NCBI GenBank assembly: GCA_964586075.1 | Contig: CAZPGZ010000017.1 | Location: forward strand, 755-64,754 | Length of the DNA stretch: 64,000 bases | Direction: 5' to 3' | Source: an uncultured Nitrospiraceae bacterium | Lineage (GTDB): Bacteria > Nitrospirota > UBA9217 | Part shown: piece by piece, positions 9,593-19,755 of the stretch | Position numbering within the stretch: position 1 is the first letter of the stretch | How the letters are laid out: each line of letters opens with the position of its first letter | The notes under the pieces: model-generated | What the model was told of the DNA's origin: nothing | What the model saw: the letters and a program-made list of their open reading frames with translations, nothing else | The model's database searches: none | Position numbers and translations under genes: made by a program

Positions 9593-10429
9593 TCACGAGA
9601 GCTGGTCGAACAGGCTGCCCATTGATCGCTGCGCATCGCACTCCTGTCTCCACGACACGCATTGCAGGAACGGATCCGCACCCCATTTTTTTTTAAAAAA
9701 AGTGACGCCCGGATCAATTCCTAAACCCAGGTTCACATATTGCTTGCCTTCTACCCGCGCATGCTCGATGATGTGCGCGAGCAGCAGGTCGGAGGCGCCC
9801 GGTACGTAGTGTCTGTGCGAGCGGAAATTGAACATATAAAACGCATAATGGCGCGCGCCGAACTCGGCGATATCGAAAGCGACCAGATTGCCGCAGGTGT
9901 TGCGCGCTTCGAAAACGACCGCGGTGTCGCACTTGGCATAGTTGGGTACACGCTTGAAAATGAACCGCTGAGCTTCATCAAGGGAATGTGTGCGCATGAA
10001 GGTTCTGAGCATCCATTTGTGCGACCAGCGGACCTTTCCGATGGAAACGGATATTTCGCGGCGTGCGCGCTTCAGCATGTTTTCTGTTTTCTTCGGGATG
10101 GTCGATTGAGACAGATCGAGGCGATAGTACGCATCAAGAGGTGCGGGCGTGAAATCATCGGGCGGAGCAGTAAGGGGGGGCGCGATAATAGAAAAAGAGT
10201 CAGGCACAAAACGCTCTTTTGCCCCATCGAGCGCTTTCAGCATTCTCGATTCATCAGCGCCTCCGGACAATGGATAGCCGACGAAAATCAAATGCGTCCC
10301 GGCAACATGGACGACAAAATCGTCGGCTAAAAACGGCTCGGTTTGTGAGATCGTGGTGACATAATGCGGGAGGTGTTCAGGCACATATGCCTGTTCGATG
10401 ATATATCCCTGTTCTTCCGGTGTAATCAT
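9593..10429 (-). CDS. FemAB/BioF2-like GNAT-fold protein (Acetyltransf_6-like), paralog A
   Basis: C-terminal NLGLG...FFKKKWGA motif typical of CelD/FemAB-like GNAT proteins; start ATG overlaps upstream TGA (ATGA). Confidence 0.5.
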   Translation of the reverse strand: MITPEEQGYIIEQAYVPEHLPHYVTTISQTEPFLADDFVVHVAGTHLIFVGYPLSGGADESRMLKALDGAKERFVPDSFSIIAPPLTAPPDDFTPAPLDAYYRLDLSQSTIPKKTENMLKRARREISVSIGKVRWSHKWMLRTFMRTHSLDEAQRFIFKRVPNYAKCDTAVVFEARNTCGNLVAFDIAEFGARHYAFYMFNFRSHRHYVPGASDLLLAHIIEHARVEGKQYVNLGLGIDPGVTFFKKKWGADPFLQCVSWRQECDAQRSMGSLFDQLS

Positions 10430-11256
10430 GAGGACACCTGCGTAACGGCGTATCCTGCGTCGCGGAATAGGCTGGTCACCCCGGGTACATGAGGAAAACC
10501 GACAAAAGCAAGAGCATCCTCGCATGCGAAAACCGGCCGGATCCGCTCATAAAGAACTCGGTCGCGCGCCGCGAGCGCGGCGCCGCGCGCGGCAAAACGT
10601 GCTGTCAAGTCCATTATTGTATCCAGATCGCCGTCGAGGTACATCTTGACATACTTATTTTTGTAATCAGGCCAGTTCGCGACATCGTTCAATTGCCGCG
10701 CGAGGCGGTCTAAGGGAATTTTATCAAGCACATCAAGCTGCTCTTCGAGCGTTTCTAGAAAGCAGAGTTTTTTTCCGGCCGCCCGGGCGATCCGGTATGC
10801 TTCCATGTCAACTGAGTGATTCCAGTCGAGGTACGTACGCCAGATCGCAAAAAACGCGGCCCAGGGACGCACCCCGCGCGTGAATGAATCGAAGTAAACT
10901 GGCCCCTTTTCCTCCAATGACAGGAGCCACGTGTCTCCTGTTCTCCCCAGTCCGTCACGCTCGCGCAGAATGCAGTCAATCACAGTAATTGCTTCGGGCG
11001 TGAGGAGATCGAGAAACGCCTGATTATTTCCGTCATGTCTTCCGTGCTCTGCAATTCTCCCGAAACTTGCCTCATCGAGCGGGCCTTCGAACATCACGGT
11101 CGAAACGTTACGGACCAGGCGCTTCAGCGGTTTGCGAAAGCTGTATGGAAAAAAATGAGCCGTACCTACGAGATGCGACGCCTGCCCGTTTTTCTCCACG
11201 CGCCAGATCATGCGAAGCGGTTTATGCATTGTCCAGGGGAAAAGCTTCATTTTCAT
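10426..11256 (-). CDS. TraB/GumN family protein
   Basis: VGTAHFFPYSF...VMFEGPLDE motifs of pfam01963 TraB/PrgY/GumN; start trimmed to MKMKLFPW. Confidence 0.6.
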   Translation of the reverse strand: MKMKLFPWTMHKPLRMIWRVEKNGQASHLVGTAHFFPYSFRKPLKRLVRNVSTVMFEGPLDEASFGRIAEHGRHDGNNQAFLDLLTPEAITVIDCILRERDGLGRTGDTWLLSLEEKGPVYFDSFTRGVRPWAAFFAIWRTYLDWNHSVDMEAYRIARAAGKKLCFLETLEEQLDVLDKIPLDRLARQLNDVANWPDYKNKYVKMYLDGDLDTIMDLTARFAARGAALAARDRVLYERIRPVFACEDALAFVGFPHVPGVTSLFRDAGYAVTQVSS

Positions 11257-11276
11257 ACACGGTAATTGTTTGCGAT

Positions 11277-12197
11277 TTACGGTTTCCCGTCCAAGAGCGC
11301 GCCAAGCAGGGAAATCGGCGCCGGAGGTCCATAATAACATTCGCAGAATTCGTAATGCAAGTACGGTCTGCCGCCCCATTTTGCTTTAAAGCGACGAATG
11401 CCTTCGTTAACACCCAGACCCAGGTTGATACTTTGTTTGCCGCGGTCCCGCGCGGAATCGATCATGTCGGCAAAGAGCAGATCAGAGGCGTGTGGTATAT
11501 AGTTTTTTTTGGAATGGCATCCCAGCACATACGCGTCAAATTGTTCAGCCGCGGTCTCGACAATAAAAAAAGCAGCTAGTGTGCCGTGCCGGCTTCGTGC
11601 GTTCAACACCTGCGCTGTTTTGCATTGAGCTATGTAGTCGGGCATGGACCGGTACAACTCTTTAATCATGAGGGGAAGGTCCTCTCGGCTCTCCAGTTCT
11701 TTTGCCAGTTGTTCATGCTCGCGCGTGAATGCTCGCGTGCGCTCTATGGTCAGTGTCCGGGCTGCCTGGTCCACTTTGCACTGCAAGGCTGAGGGAATAA
11801 TTGACTGCGAGATATCGAGTCGCAGATATTGATCGCTCTGGCGCACGCGACAAGATTTGGCAAGCGAAGGAGGTATTTCAGGACCGATAAACCAGAAATA
11901 ATCGGAATTGTGCTGATCGCGAACCTGTTTGATCAGTTTGTCGCAGGCGCTTGCTATAAACGGCGCCTGGAGAGGATATCCGATAAAAATCAGCCAATCG
12001 TCTTTCGCTAAGCAGAGATGATCTTCGATGAAAAAAGGCTCGGCGTGTGAAATTGCCGCCATCAGAGAAGGGATCTGCTCCGGTACACAGGCATGCGCCA
12101 GGGCGAAGCGTTCATTAATCGGATTGAGCGGAGGATGGTCGCAACGGTCCATTGGTTTTAGCTCGATTCTGTTCGCATACGCGAGGGCTGCGTACAC
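11277..12197 (-). CDS. FemAB/BioF2-like GNAT-fold protein (Acetyltransf_6-like), paralog B
   Basis: Collinear similarity to paralog A (CVPEQIP/YVPEHLP, FIGYPL/FVGYPL, YLRLDISQS/YYRLDLSQS, NLGLGV..RRFKAKWGG); alternative start ATG at 12152. Confidence 0.5.
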   Translation of the reverse strand: MYAALAYANRIELKPMDRCDHPPLNPINERFALAHACVPEQIPSLMAAISHAEPFFIEDHLCLAKDDWLIFIGYPLQAPFIASACDKLIKQVRDQHNSDYFWFIGPEIPPSLAKSCRVRQSDQYLRLDISQSIIPSALQCKVDQAARTLTIERTRAFTREHEQLAKELESREDLPLMIKELYRSMPDYIAQCKTAQVLNARSRHGTLAAFFIVETAAEQFDAYVLGCHSKKNYIPHASDLLFADMIDSARDRGKQSINLGLGVNEGIRRFKAKWGGRPYLHYEFCECYYGPPAPISLLGALLDGKP

Positions 12198-12379
12198 TGA
12201 AAAGCATTACAGCGTGCAATGGTTATATTTTATCAGATATTAAAGAAACCGGATGAAAATATCCTGATGCCTTGCGGGAAGAAAGAAGGCCGTGTGAATT
12301 GTTTCTCTGAGTGATGCGTTGTGTGCAGGTTAAAGAAGTGATTTCAGTTGATTTCCTCAACTTGTGATATATTTCTATC

Positions 12380-14038
12380 TTACTGGTCAGCGCTTTTTTG
12401 CCTGATCTCGACCCTGCGTATTTTGCCGCTGATCGTTTTGGGAAGCGCGGGAACAAACTCGATGATGCGTGGATATTTATAAGGTGCGGTGACTTTTTTT
12501 ACGTGCTCCTGCAGTTCATGCACAAGCTTGTCACTGGGCGAATATCCTTTGGCCAGCACGACGCTTGCCTTGACCACCTGCCCTCGTACCGGATCGGGAG
12601 CGCCGGTGATGGCGCATTCGAGCACTGCGGGGTGTTCATGCAGCGCGCTTTCGACTTCGAACGGACCGATTGCATATCCGGAGCTTTTTATGAGGTCGTC
12701 CGCCCGGCCGACAAACCAATAGTAGCCATCTTCGTCTTTCCATGCCATATCGCCGGTATAGTAGATTCCGTCATGCCAGGCGCCTTTTGTGCGCTCCAGG
12801 TCGCGGTAGTATCCGCCGAACATGCCGACCGGCTTGCGTGCGTTGGTACGGACTACAATCTGTCCTTCCTTGCCGATGCCGCAGGAGTTTCCATCTTCGT
12901 CCAGGAGGTCGATGTCATACCAGGGAGACGGTTTTCCCATGGACCCCGGCTTTGGCTGCATCCACGGAAAGGTGGCGATTGCGGCGGTCATTTCCGTTTG
13001 TCCGTAACCTTCCATCAGCCGGATTCCGGTTGCGTTCAGAAATTGGGAATAGACTTCGGGGTTTAATGGTTCGCCGGCGACAACACAGTACTGCAGGCTG
13101 CTGAAATCGTATTTTGAAAGGTCTTCCTTGATAAAGAAACGATAAACCGTGGGCGGCGCACAGAATGTGGTAATTTTGTACTTCACGATAACATCAAGAA
13201 GCTTCTTGGGATCGAACTTATCGTAGTCATAAATAAATACGGTGGAGCCTGCAAGCCATTGGCCGTATATTTTGCCCCAGACTGCCTTTGCCCATCCCGT
13301 ATCGGCGACGGTAAAGTGGAGCCCGTCTTTCCGGACGTTCTGCCAGTATTTGGCAGTAAGAATATGGCCGAGGGGGTAGGTAAAGTCATGCTGCACCATC
13401 TTCGGCATTCCGGTTGTTCCGGAAGTAAAATAGAGAAGCGAGATGTCTTCGTTTGCGTTCGCGTCGGCGCCGGTCGGACGCTCGACATGTTCGGACGCGT
13501 GTTCCACTTCCGTATTAAAATTCAGCCATCCGTCGCGGTTTCCATTGACTAGGGCTTTCAGCTTCAGGGTGGGGGATTGAGCTTCAGATTTCTCGACATG
13601 TTCGATGACGAGAGGATCCGATACGCTTACGATCATCTTGACATCGGCTGCATTGTTGCGGTAGATGATGTCTTTGTGGGTGAGAAGGTGCGTGGCCGGG
13701 ATGCAAATTGCGCCGATTTTGTGAAGGGCAAGAAGGCAGAACCAGAACTCATAGCGCCTTTTGAGAATAAGCATCACGGGGTCGCCCTTGCGGATGCCGT
13801 GCGACAGGAAAAAGTTTGTGGCTTTATTGGCGTAGTGCTTTAATTGGGCAAACGTAAACTCAGCCCTGTTCCCATTTTCATCGCACCAGACCAAGGCGAT
13901 TTTCTGCGGCTGTCTAGCTGCTATATCATCCACGACATCAAAGGCAAAATTGAAATGCTCCGGCACCATGATGCGGAAATTTTGAATAAAATCGTCATAC
14001 GAACTGAAATCTATTTTCGAAAGAAATTGGTTAAGCAT
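12380..14038 (-). CDS. AMP-forming acyl-CoA synthetase (medium-chain/acetyl-CoA synthetase-like)
   Basis: 552 aa; [13 protein letters not shown]-binding motif, adenylate-forming domain architecture. Confidence 0.8.
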   Translation of the reverse strand: MLNQFLSKIDFSSYDDFIQNFRIMVPEHFNFAFDVVDDIAARQPQKIALVWCDENGNRAEFTFAQLKHYANKATNFFLSHGIRKGDPVMLILKRRYEFWFCLLALHKIGAICIPATHLLTHKDIIYRNNAADVKMIVSVSDPLVIEHVEKSEAQSPTLKLKALVNGNRDGWLNFNTEVEHASEHVERPTGADANANEDISLLYFTSGTTGMPKMVQHDFTYPLGHILTAKYWQNVRKDGLHFTVADTGWAKAVWGKIYGQWLAGSTVFIYDYDKFDPKKLLDVIVKYKITTFCAPPTVYRFFIKEDLSKYDFSSLQYCVVAGEPLNPEVYSQFLNATGIRLMEGYGQTEMTAAIATFPWMQPKPGSMGKPSPWYDIDLLDEDGNSCGIGKEGQIVVRTNARKPVGMFGGYYRDLERTKGAWHDGIYYTGDMAWKDEDGYYWFVGRADDLIKSSGYAIGPFEVESALHEHPAVLECAITGAPDPVRGQVVKASVVLAKGYSPSDKLVHELQEHVKKVTAPYKYPRIIEFVPALPKTISGKIRRVEIRQKSADQ

Positions 14039-14387
14039 CGGTCTTTTAATGTAGGATCGGAAGCGTTCTGGAAGGTTCTCTGTTCAGTGCTTCGAAATCG
14101 TGGGAGTAACTGGAGCGAGAGAAAAGGGAGTCTTCCTTGGTCTGGATGAGTTCGCGCCTGTTGGGAGGAGTCTTCTTGATCGCACCTTTCTGTCGAGATT
14201 GAACTGTAGTGTTCATTTTTCAAAAGTACCATACTTGAAGAAAGAAAACAATAAAAAATTACTTTTCTTTCCTCAGAAGATGCGCTGGACACTGTTCAGC
14301 GCGTATTTATTGCTGAACTGGATTTTTTGGTGGGGGATAACCATTAGTGTATGCACCATGGTTCGTAAAAAAATACCCATTTCTTGC

Positions 14388-14416
14388 TTGATTTTATCAG
14401 CGCGGACAGGTAAAAT
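14388..14416 (+). promoter_or_regulatory. Sigma70-like promoter for ferredoxin gene (TTGATT-17-TAAAAT)
   Basis: Hexamers with 17-nt spacer about 50 nt upstream of fdx start; AGGAGG RBS at 14448. Confidence 0.45.
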
Positions 14417-14464
14417 ACGATGCTTTTTGGCATCTTACTATATTTAAAGGAGGAACCGGAAACA

Positions 14465-14650
14465 ATGTACAAGGTAACAGTAGACAATGGGAAGTGCGAC
14501 GGCGACGGCGTCTGCGCGGATGTGTGCCCGCAGAACGTGTTCGAAGTCAAAAATAACAAGGCTGTTCCGGTGAATATGGCTGACTGCATCAACTGCGAAG
14601 CCTGCGTTGAGGGCTGCCCGCAGAAGGCCATTACAATCACTGAAGAATAA
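14465..14650 (+). CDS. fdx: 2x[4Fe-4S] ferredoxin
   Basis: 61 aa; two CxxCxxCxxxCP motifs (CDGDGVCADVCP, CINCEACVEGCP); strong RBS. Confidence 0.8.
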   Translation: MYKVTVDNGKCDGDGVCADVCPQNVFEVKNNKAVPVNMADCINCEACVEGCPQKAITITEE

Positions 14651-14671
14651 GCCTGGAGGAAAACTCATTGC

Positions 14672-14709
14672 AAAGGGGACCGGATTATCCGGTCCCCTTT
14701 TTTTTTATT
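14672..14709 (+). terminator. Rho-independent terminator
   Basis: GGGGACCGG-ATTAT-CCGGTCCCC hairpin followed by T11. Confidence 0.8.
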
Positions 14710-14744
14710 TGCATCGGCAGGAAGACGTGCTGGCGCCCTTGACG

Positions 14745-15518
14745 TTATTTTTTTTCGAGCAGCTTTTGAAATGCGGAAATAAGATCAATAGGCAACGGGA
14801 AAATAATGGTTGAATTTTTCTCCGAAGCGATTTCAGTAAGGGTCTGCAGATACCGGAGTTGCAGGGTCGTGGGGTTCTGGCTGATTACGTTAGCAGCATC
14901 GGAGAGTTTGGAAGAGGCCTGGAGTTCGCCTTCGGCGTGGATGACCTTTGCGCGGCGTTCGCGTTCTGCCTGAGCCTGAATGGCGATGGCGCGCTGCATT
15001 TCCGCAGGCAGATCCACGTTTTTCACTTCCACGGTTGTTACCTTCACGCCCCACGGCTCTGTCTGCAGATCAATCACCTTCTGGAGCTCTGCGTTTATTG
15101 CCTCGCGGTTTGAGAGGAGGTCGTCCAGGGCGTTCTGGCCCAGCACGCTTCTGAGCGACGTTTGCGAGATGAGCGAGGTCGCGTAATAAAAATCCTCCAC
15201 TTCGACGATTGCCTTGCGCGGGTCGATGACTCTGAAGTAAACCACAGCATTCACTTTTACGGTGACATTGTCTTTCGTGATCACGTCCTGGGCCGGCACA
15301 TCCATGGTCACGGTCCGCAGGCTGACACGCACCATTTTTTGTATTCCCGGCCACAGAAGAATAAGGCCTGGGCCCTTTACGCCGTGTTCCACGCTCACTT
15401 TGCCGAGCGTGAAAATGACTCCCCGTTCGTATTGCTTCAGAATTTTTACAATGTTGTACAGAACCATGACGAAGAGTATTATCAGAAATAAAAAACCCAT
15501 CCCCACAAACTGAAACAT
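14745..15518 (-). CDS. SPFH/band-7 (stomatin/slipin-like) membrane protein
   Basis: N-terminal TM helix then band-7 domain ([18 protein letters not shown]). Confidence 0.8.
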   Translation of the reverse strand: MFQFVGMGFLFLIILFVMVLYNIVKILKQYERGVIFTLGKVSVEHGVKGPGLILLWPGIQKMVRVSLRTVTMDVPAQDVITKDNVTVKVNAVVYFRVIDPRKAIVEVEDFYYATSLISQTSLRSVLGQNALDDLLSNREAINAELQKVIDLQTEPWGVKVTTVEVKNVDLPAEMQRAIAIQAQAERERRAKVIHAEGELQASSKLSDAANVISQNPTTLQLRYLQTLTEIASEKNSTIIFPLPIDLISAFQKLLEKK

Positions 15519-15564
15519 ACGAAGCCTCCTTTAGTGTTTTTCCTGATTGATTGAACGATTGTTG

Positions 15565-16914
15565 CTATGCGCTCTTTTTTACTTTTAACTTCAGTCCTTC
15601 GAGGGCCACGACGGTTACTTTTTCACCCTGCCGGATCGGCTCGTCGCTCCATGCGCTCCAGTATTCCCCCCGCAGGAACACCTGTCCGTCTGCATGGATG
15701 TCGGTTTTTGCCGTTGCCTGCATATCAATAAGCCCTTCTTTGCCGGTGTCCGGTTTTTCCCGGTACACGCGCACCGCAACGGTAACCGTGATGATGAATA
15801 GCACGGCAGACACGATCACAACGGGAATGATGACCGCCCAGGATATCTGAAGAGCGGGTGATGCGGAATCAATGAGCATGATTGATCCAAAGAGCATGGA
15901 AATGACACCTCCGACTCCTAAAACGCCATGGCTTGTTATGAAGGCCTCCGCAATGAACAACCCGATGCCGAGAATGATGAGCATAAGACCTGCATAATTA
16001 ATGGGGAGCGTGTGCAGGGCGTAGAAGGCAAGAATCAGGCAGATGGCGCCCGCCACACCAGGAAAAACAGAACCAGGGTTCGAAAGCTCGAAATAAAGAC
16101 CGTAGAAACCGAGGATCATGAGGATGTAGGCGATATTAGGGTTGCTGATAATTTCCAGAAGGCGGTATCGGAAGCCCATTGTGATTTCCTTTACTTCCGC
16201 GCCTTCGGTCACAAGCGTCTTTTTGCCAAGGGCCACATCGACGGTTTTTCCATTGATAGCTTTAATGAGTGAAGGAATGTCGGGAGCAATCAGGTCTACA
16301 ACTTTATCTTTGATAGCTTCTGTTTCAGTTATGGACACGCTTTCCCGCACGGCCTCTTCTGCCCATTTGACGTTCCTTCCCCGCTTTTCGGCAATGCCCC
16401 TCACCATGGCAGCAAGATCGTTTACCGCTTTTTTCTCCATGGTTTTGTCCATTTTTCCTTCCACCTGCACCGGGTGCGCCGCGCCGATGTGCGTAGTCGG
16501 AGCCATGGCCGCTATGTTTGCCGAAAGCGTGATAAAAACACCTGCCGATGCTGCCCGCGCACCGGAAGGTGCGACATACACCACGATGGGGACTTCGGAC
16601 GCCATCATTTTGATGATAATCTGGAGGGTAGAGTCGACAAGACCTCCCGGAGTGTTCAACTGAATGATGAGAGCCTCGGCTTTTGCCTTGGCGGCGGTGT
16701 CAATGGAGGACCCGATGTATTCCGCCACCACCGGCGTGATCGGTGCGTCTATCTTGATCAGGTATATTGTTTTCTGCTGGGTCGGAGCAGCGGTCGCAGG
16801 TGCGGCATCTTTTTTTGTTTCAGCTTTTTCAATGGAGTATGAGATTCCTACGGCACCGGCAAAAAGCATGGCGAAAAAAGCGACAAACAGCAGGGTTTTG
16901 AAGGATTTTTTCAT
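15565..16914 (-). CDS. NfeD-family membrane-bound ClpP-class serine protease (stomatin operon partner)
   Basis: 449 aa; signal peptide, ClpP-like domain, C-terminal TM segments and OB-fold; immediately upstream of stomatin gene. Confidence 0.78.
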   Translation of the reverse strand: MKKSFKTLLFVAFFAMLFAGAVGISYSIEKAETKKDAAPATAAPTQQKTIYLIKIDAPITPVVAEYIGSSIDTAAKAKAEALIIQLNTPGGLVDSTLQIIIKMMASEVPIVVYVAPSGARAASAGVFITLSANIAAMAPTTHIGAAHPVQVEGKMDKTMEKKAVNDLAAMVRGIAEKRGRNVKWAEEAVRESVSITETEAIKDKVVDLIAPDIPSLIKAINGKTVDVALGKKTLVTEGAEVKEITMGFRYRLLEIISNPNIAYILMILGFYGLYFELSNPGSVFPGVAGAICLILAFYALHTLPINYAGLMLIILGIGLFIAEAFITSHGVLGVGGVISMLFGSIMLIDSASPALQISWAVIIPVVIVSAVLFIITVTVAVRVYREKPDTGKEGLIDMQATAKTDIHADGQVFLRGEYWSAWSDEPIRQGEKVTVVALEGLKLKVKKSA

Positions 16915-17158
16915 TATTTCTCCTTAACAAAATAAGTATATCCTTAATACCAGAGGCTGTCAAGAATCGCTTGACTCAACAGTTTTTTTTCTGTAGCATC
17001 GTAGAAAATTTCACTGTTTTCGAGGCCATTTTCATGCAGGAAAATTCAGGAGCCAGACCGGTATTGCACCAGAATGTTTCGCATACGTGCGGCGCTTTGC
17101 GAAAAAATGCGTTGTTGATGAAGAGAAGCGGTACCGTAACCGTTTCAGGAAAATTTTT

Positions 17159-17695
17159 ATGAGAGTGGCAGGGGGGGCAGGGAAAGGACGCCGGTTACAA
17201 GTGCCTTCAGGATTGCGGGTCCGGCCCACGTCCGACAAGGTAAAGCAGGCACTTTTTAACATTCTGGGAAACAAGGTCTCCGGCGCGGTTTTTTTGGATC
17301 TGTATGCAGGTGCCGGTGGGATCGGCATTGAGGCGCTCAGCCGGGGTGCAGGCAAGGTGACCTTTGTGGACGCCTCCCGTGAGTCTTTGCATGTCATCAA
17401 GCGGAACCTGCAGCAGCTGGAGTTTGAGGACCGGGCACAGGTCGTGCTGTCGAAAGCTGAGTCATTTCTTAAAAAAACGACCGAATCCTATGACATAGTG
17501 TTTCTTGACCCGCCGTATGCGGAAGATATTGCCTCCGTGCTCGAATTGTTTGGGGCAGGAGCATTGAGCCCCGGCGCCGTTGTTGTTGCGGAACATTTCA
17601 AGAAACAAGCATCTCCGGAAAAAGTTGCCGGGCTGACCCTGAGTCGCGAATCGCGATACGGGGATACGGTGCTGGCTTTTTACGAGATGAAATAA
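17159..17695 (+). CDS. rsmD: 16S rRNA (guanine966-N2)-methyltransferase
   Basis: RPTSDKVKQALFNIL...LDLYAGAGGIGIEALSRGA...FLDPPY motifs. Confidence 0.85.
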   Translation: MRVAGGAGKGRRLQVPSGLRVRPTSDKVKQALFNILGNKVSGAVFLDLYAGAGGIGIEALSRGAGKVTFVDASRESLHVIKRNLQQLEFEDRAQVVLSKAESFLKKTTESYDIVFLDPPYAEDIASVLELFGAGALSPGAVVVAEHFKKQASPEKVAGLTLSRESRYGDTVLAFYEMK

Positions 17696-17746
17696 AAAAT
17701 TACGGTGAAGACACACAACATGCTTGATCAAGCAAAGGGAGAATCC

Positions 17747-18232
17747 ATGATAAGACCTATCGCTGTTTATGCCGGTACGTTCGATCCTGTTACCAATGGG
17801 CACCTTGACCTTGTGGAACGGAGCCTCAGGATTTTTGGTGAACTGATTATTGCGGTTGCGGCGAATCCAAAAAAAAATCCGCTTTTTTCTCTTGAAGAAC
17901 GCGTCGGTATGTTCAAGGAGATAACGGCTGGTTATCAGAATGTGACTATTGAAGGTTTCGACGGCCTGCTTATTGAGTACGTGAGGCGCAAGAAGGCATC
18001 GGCCATTATCCGGGGTCTTCGGGCGGTTTCCGATTTTGAATTTGAGATGCAGATGGCGCTTACAAACCGCAGGCTTTGCAATACGGTTGAAGCTGTTTTT
18101 ATGATGCCGAACGAGGCGTATTCCTTTATTACCTCGACCATTGTGAAGGAAGTTGCGAGTTACGGCGGCGATATTTCCACGCTTGTTCCGGAGCTTGTTG
18201 CGGAGCGCCTCAAGAAGAAATTTGCAAAATAG
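17747..18232 (+). CDS. coaD: Phosphopantetheine adenylyltransferase
   Basis: AVYAGTFDPVTNGHLDLVERS motif; canonical rsmD-coaD neighbourhood. Confidence 0.9.
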   Translation: MIRPIAVYAGTFDPVTNGHLDLVERSLRIFGELIIAVAANPKKNPLFSLEERVGMFKEITAGYQNVTIEGFDGLLIEYVRRKKASAIIRGLRAVSDFEFEMQMALTNRRLCNTVEAVFMMPNEAYSFITSTIVKEVASYGGDISTLVPELVAERLKKKFAK

Positions 18233-18277
18233 AAGGTTCTAGGAATACAAAAAACAACCGAAAACAGAGACGATGTG

Positions 18278-19591
18278 CTACACTGCCTCTCTGCCGCGAT
18301 GCGCCTGCGCACGGCAGTAATCTCTGAAATTGTTTACTCCGATAAAAAACTCGCGCATCATCAAGAACCAGTAATACCTCCCGTCCTTGGTAAGCGAGAG
18401 TTTGTTGCCTTTCTTCTGAAGTCCGTTTATTAGCCTGAAGAACATGATCTCAGGCCAGAGATACCGGTAGATGTTTACCCCGTGTTTCGCATTTAGCAGG
18501 TTTATATCCACGCTCAACCCGAAGAGCTTCATGAGAAAGTCGTAGGAAATTCTCTCCCGCATGGAAAAATCCCGCTTTGCCGCTATGGGTAAAATTCCTT
18601 GATTCACCTTCGCGATATATGTTTCTATGTCGAATGTATTTGCATACGCGGTTCTTCCGAGATGGCCGATGGACCCGCTGCCAAGACCTGCATATTCATC
18701 AAAGTGCACGGCGTATTCATCGATGAGAGCATCATGACGTGAAAAACACCAGGCAGTGCTTGCACGGTAGTGGGACGAGAGACCTTCCGAAATCACCGTA
18801 TAAAATTCTCGTGCACGGGTGGAGTCGATAGTTCCTCCCAATTCTCGAGCCATTGTTTCCTGCGTTTGAAGAGACGACATTAACGGATAATAGGTTATTT
18901 GGTCGACACCGAGACTGTTTATGGTGGCCAGGTCCTGCTCCAGCATCTGCCTGGTCTGTGTGGGGAAATTAAATATCATGTCCACATTCAGGGTATGAAA
19001 AATGCCTTGGGTCTGTTTTAGGCGTTCGGCAACTTCCGCACCGCTTCCATACTTGTGATAGCGTTTCAGGGATTGCAGCAAATCATCGTCAAATGTTTGT
19101 ACTCCGACGGAAAGCCTGTTGACGCCTGCATTTTTCAGGATAAGGAGGTTCGTCCTGGTAAGGTGGTTGGGATTTGTCTCGACGGAAATTTCTGTGATAT
19201 GGAACTGTCCCTTCACCAATCCGATCGTGGACTCAAGCTCGTCTATTAAAACCGTCGGGGTCCCTCCGCCGATATACAGTGCTTGAAAATCATGTCCTAA
19301 TTTTTTATAGAGCATGATTTCTTTGCGCAAGGCATCAAAATAGCGACGCGTTAAGTCTTCCTGAAATTCCACACGATTGAAGGAACAATACGGACACAGT
19401 TCTTCACAAAAAGGCACGTGAAGATACAGGCCTGCCGGAATATTTTTAGACCGCTGTGGAACCGCAAGTGAAGTCGTCGGCGTAAATTGCAGGCATTCAG
19501 CGTTCTTTTTTCGGGTAACATACGTGATGAATTTTTCGGCAAGCATAATGCCGGGTTCCTTGAAAAAGCCCAGACGCATAGAAAATACCAT
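18278..19591 (-). CDS. Radical SAM oxygen-independent coproporphyrinogen-III oxidase-like protein (HemN/HemW family)
   Basis: LYLHVPFCEELCPYCSF CxxxCxxC radical-SAM motif, HemN-like length. Confidence 0.75.
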   Translation of the reverse strand: MVFSMRLGFFKEPGIMLAEKFITYVTRKKNAECLQFTPTTSLAVPQRSKNIPAGLYLHVPFCEELCPYCSFNRVEFQEDLTRRYFDALRKEIMLYKKLGHDFQALYIGGGTPTVLIDELESTIGLVKGQFHITEISVETNPNHLTRTNLLILKNAGVNRLSVGVQTFDDDLLQSLKRYHKYGSGAEVAERLKQTQGIFHTLNVDMIFNFPTQTRQMLEQDLATINSLGVDQITYYPLMSSLQTQETMARELGGTIDSTRAREFYTVISEGLSSHYRASTAWCFSRHDALIDEYAVHFDEYAGLGSGSIGHLGRTAYANTFDIETYIAKVNQGILPIAAKRDFSMRERISYDFLMKLFGLSVDINLLNAKHGVNIYRYLWPEIMFFRLINGLQKKGNKLSLTKDGRYYWFLMMREFFIGVNNFRDYCRAQAHRGREAV

Positions 19592-19755
19592 CCCGTGAAA
19601 AAATTATAGAGCGAACTAAGGTATGATTTTATAACCAACTATATTATCACCAAAGGCCGGGAAAAGAAACATCAAAATAGCGGTCTTACCGTTGCTACAG
19701 GGAGGGGGTCTGGATGTTTGCGAGAGGGGGAGGAGCTATGAAGTAGAGCCGGTGC

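Noticed and set aside
14100-14447. 115-aa plus-strand ORF upstream of the ferredoxin gene
   Set aside because: It overlaps the ferredoxin promoter, has no RBS and has a hydrophobic low-complexity tail. It is more likely non-coding promoter DNA.
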